Assembly: GCA_000934665.2 (NCBI GenBank)
Contig: JYFJ02004158.1
Location: 1 to 34,240, forward strand
DNA length: 34,240 nt
Direction of reading: 5' to 3'
Source: Catajapyx aquilonaris
Taxonomy: Eukaryota
How positions within the stretch are numbered: the stretch's first letter is position 1; each line of letters opens with the position of its first letter. Below, piece after piece: positions 33,621 through 34,240 of the stretch. The notes beneath the pieces were generated by a model. That model saw only the letters and a program-made list of their open reading frames with translations, had not been told where the DNA came from and did not search any database. The position numbers were made by a program, and so were the translations under genes.

Positions 33621-34240
33621 CAGAATGCCTAGCGACTAACACCCACTGAGAACTTCGGTTGGACCACATCCGCCAGCACGGCGCCTACGGAACTCGAGAG
33701 CCGCCTGTACGGCGCCTAACTTTCTGATTTGAGTCACAATAAAAAAAAAGGTCCACATTATGCCCTAGGAGGAATTACCCAAATTGTCACAATTACACCT
33801 GGTCAGAATATGCGGTCCTGACACTAATTAGACGGCCAATTACGGTAACTATGCAGAACAGTCAGGTCATTGACCCCCATTATATCCAGCTTTCGCCAAT
33901 TTTGCGTACCCCCGCCTTTGTAAGCGATGAAACAACCAGTTTGAAATGCACAGGTTAATCACAATTCACTTGTCATTGTTAAAATGTGGTTGCGCTGGTG
34001 TATCTGAAATTTAAACAAAAAATTCGCCAGTTTCCTGCCCACGTTCGGCTAGAGTTGGGCAAAATAGAGTGACATTATGATACCGCGATATACACAATCA
34101 AATTGCACCAAGATGACCTAAATACGGGATAAATAGGGCAGATAATGAGGACCTACGTTAATTGGCGTAAGGTAAGTGACGCGTTCGGAATGCTCGTGGT
34201 GATGCGGCTTTGCTGCGGCGGAGGTGGGGGTTGGGGTGGG

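Overview
Eukaryotic genomic DNA, probably arthropod/insect (compact genes with many 57-150 nt GT-AG introns, many decayed DNA transposons). No prokaryotic operon, CRISPR array, rRNA or tRNA is visible. Five spliced protein-coding genes were reconstructed by hand with phase-consistent splice sites: STIMATE/TMEM110 (-, 293 aa) head-to-head with an SFMBT1/2-type MBT-SLED-SAM Polycomb-group gene (+, 956 aa); a small three-exon FAM183A/CFAP144-like ciliary gene (+, 130 aa) with an RFX X-box just upstream; a YJR142W/NUDT20-like Nudix hydrolase (+, 325 aa); and an ABHD14A-like alpha/beta hydrolase (-, about 276 aa). Introns and intergenic DNA contain remnants of mariner, Tigger/pogo, piggyBac, hAT, MULE and Helitron elements, several foldback or palindromic structures, a ~116-bp tandem array and two promoter-like islands with no recognised gene. 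The strongest leads are the STIMATE-SFMBT(-ABHD14) neighbourhood matching human 3p21, the hidden ciliary gene, a CDE/CHR-type promoter in front of an unidentified gene at an assembly gap, and a 58-bp perfect palindrome. I found no convincing evidence of a wholly new biological system. Family assignments come from recalled motifs, not database searches.
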